From the NCBI GenBank assembly GCA_965205425.1, contig CBDBGZ010000004.1, positions 1 through 64,000 on the forward strand: a stretch of 64,000 nt of DNA. Direction: 5' to 3'. Positions within the stretch are counted from its first letter, which is position 1; each line of letters opens with the position of its first letter. The stretch is from Nitrosopumilus sp. (GTDB lineage: Archaea > Thermoproteota > Nitrososphaeria > Nitrososphaerales > Nitrosopumilaceae). The notes below the pieces were generated by a model that did not search any database, was not told the origin of the DNA, and saw only the letters and a program-made list of their open reading frames with translations. A program made the translations under genes and the position numbers. Of this stretch, positions 32,514 to 43,005 are shown piece by piece.

Positions 32514-32595
32514 TATGTGAGTTCGTCATGAAAATTTTCCCTTCGGTCTATTTTTTTGAGCAAATTCGATCCTGTATTTTTTAATATGTACAGAT

Positions 32596-32895
32596 CTAAC
32601 GATGAATCTCATAATATTCTACTGGATGAGTAAATTGCCTATTGTGATCTACTTCTCTCCAAAACTTCTCTTCATTAATATCCCGTCCCTCGTCAACCCA
32701 AACATTTAGAATTTTTTGCATAAACATTTGCGTACTATGATCAATTTGGGGTCTACTGCCTGTTTCCTTTTCTATCTTATCTCGCTCGTCTTTGAATTTT
32801 TTTAATAATTCTTTGAGTTGTTTGCCATTCATTTGGGCTGCTTTTTCTCTTTTAGCAGACTGGATATCTTTTCTAAAATTTGACAAAAAACCCAT
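32596..32895 (-). CDS. Hypothetical protein
   Basis: 99-aa ORF. Confidence 0.7.
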   Translation of the reverse strand: MGFLSNFRKDIQSAKREKAAQMNGKQLKELLKKFKDERDKIEKETGSRPQIDHSTQMFMQKILNVWVDEGRDINEEKFWREVDHNRQFTHPVEYYEIHR

Positions 32896-33049
32896 GAATC
32901 CATAATCCGATTCTATGATTAAAGCGTTACAAATACAATGATGAATGCAACTGTAACTATGACAATTGATATTTTCATAAACGCGGACATGATTTTAGTA
33001 ATTTCATCAAGATTATATTCGTTTTAAAACTATAATTTTGGCAGGTTAC

Positions 33050-34460
33050 GTAACTGTCTAGAGTTTTGAAGTAAAATCTCCAAGATATTCTAAAGAATAA
33101 TCATGAAAGTTTAATCCTCGTAATCTGCATGTCTCCTTTATACTCATCAGTATCTTATGAGAATCGGCACCATGAATGGTTCTATGACCGTTTGTAATTT
33201 TACGAATTATCACATTTGGTCTGATTGCCCTCTCTGCTGTGTTATTGTGTGAATCAGTTCCAGTAATTAGGAATGTAAAAAGCATTTTTCTCTCACGTTT
33301 CAATCTTTTTACAAACCTGATACAGTTTTTCTCTGTGTATTTTTTTGATATGATGTGATTAATTCTCCTTTCAAGATTCTTTTTTGCATGGATTCTTTCT
33401 GATTCTGATTTTATTTTTGCCACACCATGAGAGTCATAAATTATTTTCTTGAGATTCTTGGCAAATGGTGCAAATTCTGGTCCGGGATTCTTGTGATTAA
33501 TGGTATCATTAACCTCTCTGAGATAATGGATGTGACATTTCTGGTGAGTTGTTCCAACATGGTTCCATGCAGGGTACGAATCACTTGTAATGTTGCCATT
33601 ATACTCCTTGAGAATTCTCTTGGGAACATCCATTGAACGTGATTTGTCAATCTCGTAAATTACAGTCCATTTACTCACAAATGCCCACAACCAGTGGTTC
33701 TGGCCATCTATCCTCCAACTTGTCTCATCACCATGTATGTTTAGATCTTCTTTTAACTCTACAATCATTGTATCATATCTGCTCCCAAATGCTTTTGATA
33801 CTATTGATACTGCATGATTAATTGCAGATTCTGTAATGTGCAGTGAGAAGAGCATCTGCAAAAGATGAGATATTTTACCATACGATAATCCGATAGTTTT
33901 TAGTGATGTGATTAGCACCATGAGCCTAATTCCAAACCTTTCATTTGACAGTACAGTGTGAATGTTACCCGAGATTTGTTTTTTGCAGTTTGTGCAGTAT
34001 CGTCTAACTATCGTATATTTTGTCACAACTGCTTTTGCAGGAATGATGTCTTCTACTATTCTGGTGTATGAATCAGTTGGTTCTGAGAGTGATTTGCCAC
34101 ATGTGTTGCACTCTTTTTGGTCAACTGTAATGGCATCATCAATGTGTGCCCGTCTGCTTCTGCTTTTTCTAGGATGTCTTGATGTTTTCTTCTTTTTTGC
34201 AGTTTCAGTCTGGTTTGGTTTTGCTTTGATATTTCTTGCAACAAGTGTAGACACTGTTTGTTTTAGTTCTGCAATTTCTCTGTGTAGTGATTCAATATCT
34301 TTGCGTAACTGACGGTTTTCTTGCTCCAACGAGTGACATCTGTTACGATAATATTCCAGCTCATCATATACTGACAATTGTATATTGTAATTTGTCACTG
34401 ATCAGAAAAGATATAGATAAAAAATATTAAAGAAAGTACTTCAAAACTCTAGACAGTTAC
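33050..34460 (-). mobile_element. IS66-like element A (single transposase ORF 33058-34398), intact
   Basis: 24-bp perfect IR GTAACTGTCTAGAGTTTTGAAGTA; 8-bp TSD CAGGTTAC; HGDETSW, QKCHIH, NNTAERAIR. Confidence 0.95.
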
Positions 34461-34574
34461 CAGGTTACCTGTTTTATCCAAATTTGATTTACAAACTTTG
34501 CAATACAGTCTAATCTCTTTTGATGGAAATTCTGTTCCGCAATTCTTACATGTATAAAATTTCTCTTCATCCAT
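34449..34574 (-). CDS. 41-aa zinc-ribbon microprotein; last 3 codons supplied by the IS66 end
   Basis: MDEEKFYTCKNCG..YCKVC..GNL then VTV* (pre-insertion PKL*). Confidence 0.65.
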   Translation of the reverse strand: MDEEKFYTCKNCGTEFPSKEIRLYCKVCKSNLDKTGNLVTV

Positions 34575-34641
34575 AATTTCTTAATACAAATAATGAACTT
34601 AAGCTTATTGGAATAAGTTAGAAATTCAAAAATCTCTGTGA

Positions 34642-34953
34642 CTACCTTGCAGGTCTTTTGTATCCTTGTTCAATTTTACTATTTGATGCAGAAGATTTTT
34701 CAAATTTTCTGTTTAATGATTTGTTTTTATTTTTTTCACTATCTGTGTCTTCTTCAATTTTAAAGATTTTTTCTACTTTTTCTTCTGTTTTTTTATTTTT
34801 CTTATTGGGAATTATGTTTATAGCTGAAATTTTCTTTTTTGTTTTCTTTTTAGGCTTATCTTGATCAATAGGATCTTTTTGTGTCCATTTAATATTTTTA
34901 ACATCGGATGAGGATGATTGTTCTTTGTTGTAATCCCCTAGTGATTTTACCAT
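34642..34953 (-). CDS. Lys-rich hypothetical protein
   Basis: 103-aa ORF. Confidence 0.6.
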   Translation of the reverse strand: MVKSLGDYNKEQSSSSDVKNIKWTQKDPIDQDKPKKKTKKKISAINIIPNKKNKKTEEKVEKIFKIEEDTDSEKNKNKSLNRKFEKSSASNSKIEQGYKRPAR

Positions 34954-35002
34954 TACTAATTACTCTAAATAATCAACATAATAGTATTGATGTATTTCTA
35001 AA

Positions 35003-35191
35003 CTATTTTCTATTTTTATTCACTTGATCTTTTATTGACTGTATGCAGTCATGACAAATAATTGATTTATCTGTCATTTGTCGAATTTGTTCATGATTTT
35101 GAAATTCTGAATCATATGTTGCTGCAATCACTATTTTGTTATTCCATACTTCGAAATCTTCCTTCTTTTTTGAACATACTAAACAATTCAT
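35003..35191 (-). CDS. Small CxxC-CxxC protein
   Basis: CLVC...CHDC. Confidence 0.7.
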   Translation of the reverse strand: MNCLVCSKKKEDFEVWNNKIVIAATYDSEFQNHEQIRQMTDKSIICHDCIQSIKDQVNKNRK

Positions 35192-35221
35192 GATTTTTCT
35201 AAATTTTATATCAACTTAAGC

Positions 35222-36325
35222 ATGTTTATGGTTCAAACTAATCTAAATAAATGGGTCAAACAGATGTATTTCATGAAGAAAATCTTTGTTAATGGATATG
35301 GTTCCATTGGCAGTAGAATTGTTTCTTTTTTAAAAGATGATCCAGAAATTGAGGTAATTGGAATTGGTAAATATTCACCTGATAAAAAAGTAGAAGAAGC
35401 AATTTCCAAGGGTCTTGATGTTTATGTTCCTAAATCAAAACTAGATGTTTTTTCTAATTATAAAATTTCAGATTCTATCGAATCTGCATTAGATTCTTGT
35501 GATTTAGTAATTGATGCTGCCCCTGGTGGACACGGATATAAAAATAAAAAAAATCTCTATGAACCAAAGAATATCCCTGCAATTTATCAAGGAGGTGAAT
35601 CTCCAATTGGTCCAGAAGCTGTTTCTGATTTGTTATTTAATTCCAGAGCTAACTATGATCAAGCATTAGGAAAAGACCATGTTATGCAGGGAAGTTGTAA
35701 TGTAACTGGAATGGGCAGAATCTTAGAACCACTACGTGACAAATTTGGTGATCAACTAGTTCGATTTGATGTTACACTAGTAAGACGATGGGCAGACATT
35801 GAACAAACTGAAAAAAAACTTTCAGATACCATAGAGATGACTGAAAAACCACATCATGGAGACGATGTCAAACTATACTTTGGAAAAGATGCCCCCCTAT
35901 ACGTTCGTGCAATTAAAGTCCCTACTAGACAAATGCACTTACACATAATGGATATTCGATTCAAGAATCTTGCTCCAAAACCATCTGAACTTCATGATAT
36001 ATTCAAAAATGAATTTGGTGTAGCAACATTATGGACTGCAAAAGGAACTAAAGATGTAAGGGATTATGCACAAAACATGGGCTTTAATTTTACTGATACT
36101 AATATGATTCACATACATGCTAACATGACTACCTCTATTGGAGATACAGTACAGATGATGTATTCTGATGATCAAACTGGCATTGTAATCCCTGAAAATC
36201 ACATATTGATGCAAGCAATGTTGTTTGAAAAATCCTATCAAGAAGCATTTACACATACTGAATCAATATTTCATATGGCTGAAAAGAAACAAGAATTACA
36301 AGAACACTTTTCTAAAAATAACTAG
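35222..36325 (+). CDS. gap: Archaeal type II glyceraldehyde-3-phosphate dehydrogenase (likely start at MKKIFV)
   Basis: NGYGSIG, YQGGE, SCN, RRWAD, HHGDD. Confidence 0.9.
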   Translation: MFMVQTNLNKWVKQMYFMKKIFVNGYGSIGSRIVSFLKDDPEIEVIGIGKYSPDKKVEEAISKGLDVYVPKSKLDVFSNYKISDSIESALDSCDLVIDAAPGGHGYKNKKNLYEPKNIPAIYQGGESPIGPEAVSDLLFNSRANYDQALGKDHVMQGSCNVTGMGRILEPLRDKFGDQLVRFDVTLVRRWADIEQTEKKLSDTIEMTEKPHHGDDVKLYFGKDAPLYVRAIKVPTRQMHLHIMDIRFKNLAPKPSELHDIFKNEFGVATLWTAKGTKDVRDYAQNMGFNFTDTNMIHIHANMTTSIGDTVQMMYSDDQTGIVIPENHILMQAMLFEKSYQEAFTHTESIFHMAEKKQELQEHFSKNN

Positions 36326-37575
36326 CTTCTAATTTTTTCAATTCTGATTTTTTTAGGAACATTTTTTGAAACTTTTTCTACAATAATTCGTAGTTCATCA
36401 ACTTCAACTTTGTCTCCTTCTTGTGGAATATCTTGTAATCTTTCATGTAATAGCCCATTAAGTGATGCATAGTCATCCCCTTCTGGAACTTTTGTTTTAA
36501 AAATTTCATTGATTCTATCAATTTCGATGTCTCCATTAGTGATTATGGTGTCTTGATCAATTCTTTCATACCCTGCTTGTCTTGTCAAATCTGTTTCATC
36601 TTCAATCTCTCCAACTATTTCTTCAAGAAGATCCTCCAAAGTCACAAGACCTTCTACTCCACCATGTTCATCAACTACAATTGCCATGTGTGTTTTTCGT
36701 CCTTTCATTTCCTTCAATAATGCACTAACCATTTTTTCTTGTGAGACAAAAACAGGTTTCCTTGCAATTTTTTCAAGACTAGTCATTTTATTATCATTTT
36801 CTAATTCTTTGAGAACATCTCGTACATGAATAAATCCAACAATATCATCACTTGTATTTCCATAAATTGGGATTCTTGAATGTCCACTCTGATTGATTTG
36901 TGGTAATGCTTCAAAAAGCAACATTTTTGAATTTAATGAAAACATCTTTGTTCTTGGAGTCATTACTGAACGAATTACTGTATCGTCAAACTTTAGAGCT
37001 CCATGTACTAATTCCATTTCTTCTTTTTCTAGAGCTTTCTCTTCTAGTCCTTGATCAATCACTCCTTTGATTTCTTCTTCTGTAATTGGAGGTGGTGTAT
37101 GACTACTTCCGGTTAATTTTACCACACCTCTAGTAATAATTTCAAAGAATTTCACTATTGGATAAAATACATAACTAAATGCCAGTAATACTGGGGCGTA
37201 TCTTAATGCAATTTTAGTTGAATTTGCATTACAGTATGTTTTTGGAGTAATTTCACCAAATACTAGAATCAAAAATGTCATGATTCCAACTGCAATTCCT
37301 AATCCATCATCGCCAAATAATCTAATTGCTAAACTTGTTGCAAGTGCAGATGCGCCAACATTTACCAAATTATTTCCAAGATTTACACTTGACATCATCC
37401 AACTTGGATTCATTTTTAATTTGTGAAGTGCTTTAGAACCTTTTTTACCTTCATTAAATAATTGAACTACCTTTGATTTTCTTACTCCTACAAGGGCCAC
37501 TTCTAATCCACTGAAGAATCCTGACAATCCTATCAGTACAGCTAACGCTGAAATCTCAACCCATAAATCTACCAT
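36322..37575 (-). CDS. CNNM/DUF21-CBS-CorC (hemolysin-family) membrane protein
   Basis: FFSGLE, FGEITPK, VMTPR, HSRIP, VDEHGG. Confidence 0.93.
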   Translation of the reverse strand: MVDLWVEISALAVLIGLSGFFSGLEVALVGVRKSKVVQLFNEGKKGSKALHKLKMNPSWMMSSVNLGNNLVNVGASALATSLAIRLFGDDGLGIAVGIMTFLILVFGEITPKTYCNANSTKIALRYAPVLLAFSYVFYPIVKFFEIITRGVVKLTGSSHTPPPITEEEIKGVIDQGLEEKALEKEEMELVHGALKFDDTVIRSVMTPRTKMFSLNSKMLLFEALPQINQSGHSRIPIYGNTSDDIVGFIHVRDVLKELENDNKMTSLEKIARKPVFVSQEKMVSALLKEMKGRKTHMAIVVDEHGGVEGLVTLEDLLEEIVGEIEDETDLTRQAGYERIDQDTIITNGDIEIDRINEIFKTKVPEGDDYASLNGLLHERLQDIPQEGDKVEVDELRIIVEKVSKNVPKKIRIEKIRS

Positions 37576-37725
37576 GATATTCTCCTAAAAAATTTCTTAG
37601 AACAATTAGAACAATTATAACAATTACTCATTTAGTTTTTTTGCACCATCTTTTGGTTGTACTTGTTTTGTAAAACTGGAATTTAAGGCTTGAGATGTTA
37701 AAAATAGCATGCGCCTAAAACAAGG

Positions 37726-39063
37726 CTAATTTTTGGGAGGTTTTGCAAACTTGTTTTCAGGATTTCGGTGATAGTCAACTGGTATCATTGCATCCTTTTG
37801 TCTTCCTGTAAGAATACATACTACCACATCATCTTTTTTGATTATTCCTTCACTAACCAATTTTTTAATTCCTACTACTGATGCACCAGATGCCATTTCA
37901 CAATCAAATCCATTAAGACCTACTACGGACATACCATCTAACATTTCAGAATCAGTTACTGTAGTGGCAACTCCGTTTGTAAATTCTAATGCACGTAAAC
38001 CTTTCAAAATATTTGCAGGTCTACCTATTTGAATTGCAGTTGCTTTAGTTTTTGGCCTTAATCCTTTTTCATCTAAATGATCATAATACCTTTGAATAAG
38101 GCCAGTGTTAGGTTTTCCTTTATTCCATCTGAGTTCTTCCTCTTCAAATTTACCATTATACAAATCTGATAAGGTACTGGCACCTTCAGAATTAATTACT
38201 GCGATTCTTGGAATTTTTTTAATCCAACCCCATTCATACAATTCCATCAAAGCTTTACCACAACTTGATGTATTTCCTAAAGCTCCTCCCGGATAAACAA
38301 TCCAATCTGGAACTTCCCAATTTAGATATTCTATGGCTCTAAAAGGAATTGTTTTTTGTCCTTCAATTCTAAATGGGTTAACAGAGTTTACAGTATATCC
38401 ATCATGATTTTGTGCATCATCTAGAGATTGTTTTAATGCATCATCAAAATTCCCGTCAACTTCCACAATCTGTGCTCCAAATTGATATGCTTGACTGAGT
38501 TTTCCAGGAGCTATTTGACCTGCAGGAATATACACATCACAATTCATTCCTTCATTTGCTGCAAACATTCCAGCTGATGCTGATGTATTTCCAGTAGATG
38601 CACAAACAATTTTTTTTGCACCGACCATTTTTGCATGTGTTACAGCAGTTGCCATACCGTTATCTTTGAAAGACCCACTAGGATTGTAGCCTTCAGGTTG
38701 TAACCATAAATTATCACTTGAAATCCCAACAAATTCAGCAGCTTTGGACATTTGGTATGGTTTTGATTGTCTACCTTCTGCCCCATCAAGAGATACAAGA
38801 TATTTTGAACATTCATCTACATCTTCAGTATCTATTTGACAAAAATTTAATAAATCTCTAAATCTCCAAACTCCACTTTCGTTGAAAATACTTCCTTCAG
38901 AATTTCTTCTTTTGTAAAAAACTTCTTTGAGTGATGTTGAAGGTTTATTTTTATATTTTACATCTAACATGTGTCCCTTATCACATTGAACATTGGTATG
39001 TTCAATTGGATATTCTAATCCACATTGAGGATCAATACACTTGAGATAGGCATCGCCTTGCAT
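37726..39063 (-). CDS. thrC: Threonine synthase
   Basis: NPSGSFKD, ASTGNT, NSVNPFRIEGQKT. Confidence 0.93.
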   Translation of the reverse strand: MQGDAYLKCIDPQCGLEYPIEHTNVQCDKGHMLDVKYKNKPSTSLKEVFYKRRNSEGSIFNESGVWRFRDLLNFCQIDTEDVDECSKYLVSLDGAEGRQSKPYQMSKAAEFVGISSDNLWLQPEGYNPSGSFKDNGMATAVTHAKMVGAKKIVCASTGNTSASAGMFAANEGMNCDVYIPAGQIAPGKLSQAYQFGAQIVEVDGNFDDALKQSLDDAQNHDGYTVNSVNPFRIEGQKTIPFRAIEYLNWEVPDWIVYPGGALGNTSSCGKALMELYEWGWIKKIPRIAVINSEGASTLSDLYNGKFEEEELRWNKGKPNTGLIQRYYDHLDEKGLRPKTKATAIQIGRPANILKGLRALEFTNGVATTVTDSEMLDGMSVVGLNGFDCEMASGASVVGIKKLVSEGIIKKDDVVVCILTGRQKDAMIPVDYHRNPENKFAKPPKN

Positions 39064-39168
39064 CGTAATTACAAATAATTGCTGATAATTTAAAGGAAAT
39101 CCTGTAAAAATTGTTTGAGTTAAGCTATTTTTGCTAAACTTTAGATTAGATGTATCTTAATTGTATTT

Positions 39169-39543
39169 ATGGTATCATATAATGATCATCTAAAGAGAAT
39201 TTTATCTCAAATTCTTGATTCATACAATCACCTCAAAGAGATGCAAGTTAAACCGGGAGATCTTGAAAAAATTAAGAAAGAAATGTTGAAAATCAATGGA
39301 TTCATCAAGGTGTCTACAAACAACATAGATGAATATACCATTAGTGTTTCTGATTTTAAAAAATTAAAATCTAAATTCAATCATTATTTGAAAAACTACT
39401 TTTTTGAAAAAGAGATAGATACTATGGCTCCATTGTACTCAGATGATCTAGACCGAGTGAAAAATATGAGATTTAAGATAATCGAAGCATTAGAAGATAG
39501 AAAAATGATTAACAGTGTAGAGGATTTAATAGATAAACTATGA
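39169..39543 (+). CDS. Hypothetical protein
   Basis: 124-aa ORF. Confidence 0.7.
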   Translation: MVSYNDHLKRILSQILDSYNHLKEMQVKPGDLEKIKKEMLKINGFIKVSTNNIDEYTISVSDFKKLKSKFNHYLKNYFFEKEIDTMAPLYSDDLDRVKNMRFKIIEALEDRKMINSVEDLIDKL

Positions 39544-39641
39544 CTGAAGTAAAAAAATGCATACTATGTGGTTGTCGTGATCATAAAATTTTAGGATGTA
39601 ATAGGCATATGTCTAAAAAATGTAGTTGTTATAACAAGTAA
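39540..39641 (+). CDS. 33-aa Cys-rich microprotein
   Basis: MTEVKKCILCGCRDHKILGCNRHMSKKCSCYNK; ATGA overlap with the upstream stop. Confidence 0.55.
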   Translation: MTEVKKCILCGCRDHKILGCNRHMSKKCSCYNK

Positions 39642-39658
39642 AATAAATTTTAAAATAA

Positions 39659-39775
39659 TTATTTTCTTTTTGGCCCAGATCTTTCATGGAAGTTTAGACA
39701 ACACTTGCATTCTTTTTGCAAACATTCGGATTCACTATGATGACCACAAATACCACATTCACAGCTATTTGACAT
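39659..39775 (-). CDS. 38-aa Cys/His-rich microprotein
   Basis: MSNSCECGICGHHSESECLQKECKCCLNFHERSGPKRK. Confidence 0.6.
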   Translation of the reverse strand: MSNSCECGICGHHSESECLQKECKCCLNFHERSGPKRK

Positions 39776-39846
39776 GATATTGAATATTCGATTTAAGCAT
39801 ATAATTTATCCACCAATTTTTTATGAGTTGAGGGTCAAAAATGAGA

Positions 39847-40158
39847 TTATTTTTTAGATTTTGACTTTTTTGCAGGTTTTCCTTCTAATTCTTTTTTGAT
39901 TTCTTCTGCTTTGTTATCTACAGCTTTGATGATTTCTTGAATAATTCCATCCAAGTCACTATCTTCTGCATCAGGTTCCACAGTGCTGGCTATTTCATTG
40001 ATTGTAGATGATATTTCTGTACTGACATCTTCAAAACTTTCAGGATCTTCATATGCTGCATTGTAAAGTTCTTTTAGAGAATTGACATGACCAATTACTT
40101 GTTCCGTAATCACTATTTTGTAATCTGTTCCATTTACATCAAATTCCTTTGAACTCAT
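39847..40158 (-). CDS. Acidic hypothetical protein
   Basis: 103-aa ORF. Confidence 0.75.
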   Translation of the reverse strand: MSSKEFDVNGTDYKIVITEQVIGHVNSLKELYNAAYEDPESFEDVSTEISSTINEIASTVEPDAEDSDLDGIIQEIIKAVDNKAEEIKKELEGKPAKKSKSKK

Positions 40159-40229
40159 AATGCTTTTTCAATTTCTTTTGTTTATAATGCTTTCATGTAA
40201 AAATTAATTATGTTACATGTAATTTATGA

Positions 40230-40688
40230 TCAAAATACTATGTAATCTAATGCAGAAGCATCACTGATCAATCTAGTGTGCTTTGAACCTACAACATATC
40301 CATTTTTGATATCTTCTGCTGGAATCCATCTGTTTGTAGAAGAATAATGTCTTTTTTCAGCTAATTCTCTTTCTATAGCTTCAATGTCAAATTCAGCTTC
40401 TTCTACCTGCTGAGTTGTAAGATGTTTGATGGTAACCATAATTTTTGTTACTTTAACTCGATCACCAAATTTCCATTTTAAAACTGGATTTTCATCTGAA
40501 ACTTCCAATACCTTGATTTTCATCTGTTTTTTCCCAAATGCATCATGACTGATCAAAACCCGTTCATCAGTAAATTCTTCAAAACTAATTCTTGAATTAA
40601 CTTCTGCATCTGAAACAGTTTCTAGCAATGATTCTGTACTTTTGTCGATTGCTTCAGTATTATCTTTAGACATACTATTACTTGACAT
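40230..40688 (-). CDS. Hypothetical protein
   Basis: 152-aa ORF. Confidence 0.75.
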   Translation of the reverse strand: MSSNSMSKDNTEAIDKSTESLLETVSDAEVNSRISFEEFTDERVLISHDAFGKKQMKIKVLEVSDENPVLKWKFGDRVKVTKIMVTIKHLTTQQVEEAEFDIEAIERELAEKRHYSSTNRWIPAEDIKNGYVVGSKHTRLISDASALDYIVF

Positions 40689-40818
40689 CTTATCCTTAAA
40701 AACGATTTGAAGAGTTAGATGGATTAGGCACTAGCTCTTTGTTTTGTTTTAAATGGCATTTTTACGCCAATGATTTAAGAATTGTTTTTAAAAATTTAGT
40801 TGATTTCGTGCCTAGATT

Positions 40819-41093
40819 TTATCGTTTTTTTAGATATTTTGACAGAATTTCATCAGCCATTTCATCTACATCTATCTCTTTTTTACCAGCTAAACTGCGC
40901 AATTTCCTTGTATTTCCTTTATTCAACTGTATTGTAACTTTTTGTTGTAATAATCCTGCTCTGGCTCTTTTTAGTAGTTTAAGATGTGATGACTTTGGAG
41001 AACGTGTTAAACATTTGAGATATTCTTTTCTTAATTTTTGATCCAGTGGAATAATTTTCTCTGCAATGGATACAGCCTTTGGTACATTTGATA
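40819..41093 (-). pseudogene. ParB-like paralog, 3' fragment
   Basis: Matches the C-termini of the 22156 and 49751 copies; cut at a TA by IS630-B. Confidence 0.85.
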
Positions 41094-41192
41094 TAGCGAC
41101 GATCAAAAGTTCGCAAACATCTTTGCAGGATTTCTAAAGATATAATTTGCAACATCAAGCTTGAATTTTGTCACTCTGAAATATTTTGACAC
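41094..41192 (-). mobile_element. IS630-B right-end fragment
   Basis: Reverse complement of about 32415-32513. Confidence 0.88.
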
Positions 41193-41293
41193 GTGTGTGT
41201 TTAGGTTGTGCCTAGATATATCGAATAGTTTAGATCAGGGAAGAATTTTGCAACAATAATGGGCGATTTTCATGATTGCAAACAATGCGATAA
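41193..41293 (+). mobile_element. IS66-like element B left-end fragment
   Basis: Reverse complement of about 48059-48159. Confidence 0.88.
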
Positions 41294-41297
41294 CTAT

Positions 41298-42442
41298 ATG
41301 AGACTTGGGCATAATTATTTACAAAAATAACTCTCAGTCATTTCCTAACAGCAAAGCATTCTCTTTACAGTTCTTGGATTTTCTGCTCCAATTATACAGT
41401 TGTAATATACTACAAGTTGATACACCAACACACAAACCAATACAAATGATTTCACGTTGTCAAATCCTTTCACATGTACAGTTCTAATGTTGAACGTATC
41501 TTTGAATATTTCAAATAAAGGTTCAATTGAGACTTTTCTTTGTGAGTACAACTCTTGACCTTGTACAGAATTATAAAAATCTGCAAGTTTGATTCGCTCT
41601 GGCGGTGTTGATGGATATATTTTGATAGGACAAATCAATCTCAAATGTCTCTCATCACTAAACTGATATAATGATTTATCATCATATGGCACATCACATA
41701 AAATATTTTCAACCAGTCCTGCAAGTGGTTTGACTAACGTTTCATACATTTTACCATCAGAAACATTTGCAGTTGAGACATCAGCAGACAATGGAACTAT
41801 CAGTTTTCCAGTACTGCAACTCATGTGCAGTTTGTATCCAAATATCCAACCCTTTGATTTTGAAAAACCCCATTTTGCATCAGTATCAATTCCTGGGATT
41901 GGTAGACGATTGTTCTTTATGTCTGATTTGTGCCATACTGGACCATCTGCTTTTAGCATTGAACTATCCCCTGATGCTGAAACATTTTCCACCAATTCCT
42001 CTGAGATGAATTTGTTGCCCATGGTACTAATCATGTCACTAATTGGTAGAAATTGAAATCGTCTGTCAATAGTTCTTCTGTCTGGAATTTGAGTTAATTT
42101 GCAAACCTTGAGCAGTTTGTCATTGGAAGGTTTGATTGAAAGGAAATAATGTAATGTATTGTTACTAGGAATTCTCATCCACAACTTTATGATGAACAAT
42201 TGCACCATCTGGATGGTTGGATACACGTATGGTCTACCCGATCTGAATACTTCCTCATACAAAGACAACATTCCCACCAAATGTAACACGCCAATAAGAA
42301 ATGATTCCGATAGAATCTTGCCAGGGATTTTCATTTGTTTTGACATTCCAATGAACGAAACATGATAAGATCCTTAGCTTTTTCTATTTGAATAATTTGA
42401 GAATTGACTCAAAAATTAGAATTAGTTATGCCCATGTCTCAT
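41298..42442 (-). mobile_element. IS982/IS4-superfamily-like DDE element, transposase 41345-42346
   Basis: IRs ATGAGAC(T/A)TGGGCATAA; GDSS, DAKWG, GYKLH, YSQRKVSIE..FK; family assignment uncertain. Confidence 0.85.
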
Positions 42443-42755
42443 TTACTTCATATCCATGATCGCGTAAAAATTTTGTTGCAGAAATTATTCCAGTTCTTCT
42501 ATTACCATCCTCAAAAGGTTGTTCCCAAGCAATTTTACACATTAAATGAACTGCTTTTTCAATCAAATCTTCTATTTTATTTCCTGAATTTCCAACACTA
42601 TCTACATGTGGAATTACAGTGTCAATGGTACGTGTTGTGCCAATCCACACCTGTTTGCCAGTTAATCTCCTGTGTCTTTCTAGATTTAATAAAACAAGCT
42701 GGAACCAAAGTAAACTTTGTAAATAATTTGGGAAAGAGAATAGAAAAAGTGTCAA
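42426..42755 (-). pseudogene. Fic/Doc-family fragment truncated by the IS
   Basis: KAVHLM..QPFEDGNRRTG..FLRDHG. Confidence 0.75.
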
Positions 42756-42904
42756 TAGTTAATGAGGGTGATTGTATTAAAGTGACACCTATGGGATGGA
42801 TTGACAAGAAAATTTGGCGTGAAATCAATGATATTCTAAGATTACATCAGTTTAGTTGGTTATCTAATGGAAAGGATATTTGTTGGTTGACGATGATTTC
42901 ATAA
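42728..42904 (+). CDS. Small hypothetical protein
   Basis: TTG-start 58 aa, ..GWIDKKIWREINDIL..W. Confidence 0.55.
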   Translation: MGKRIEKVSIVNEGDCIKVTPMGWIDKKIWREINDILRLHQFSWLSNGKDICWLTMIS

Positions 42905-43005
42905 ATCAACACGATATTTGATGATTATCAAAAGAATCAAACTCAAAAATATCTCACAATAACCAAAACTATTATTAGTAAATTTAATTTAAAATTTTCA
43001 AGAAC

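Noticed and set aside
32919..32990. 23-aa hydrophobic ORF (MSAFMKISIV...) on the - strand
   Set aside because: Too short to support without conservation data
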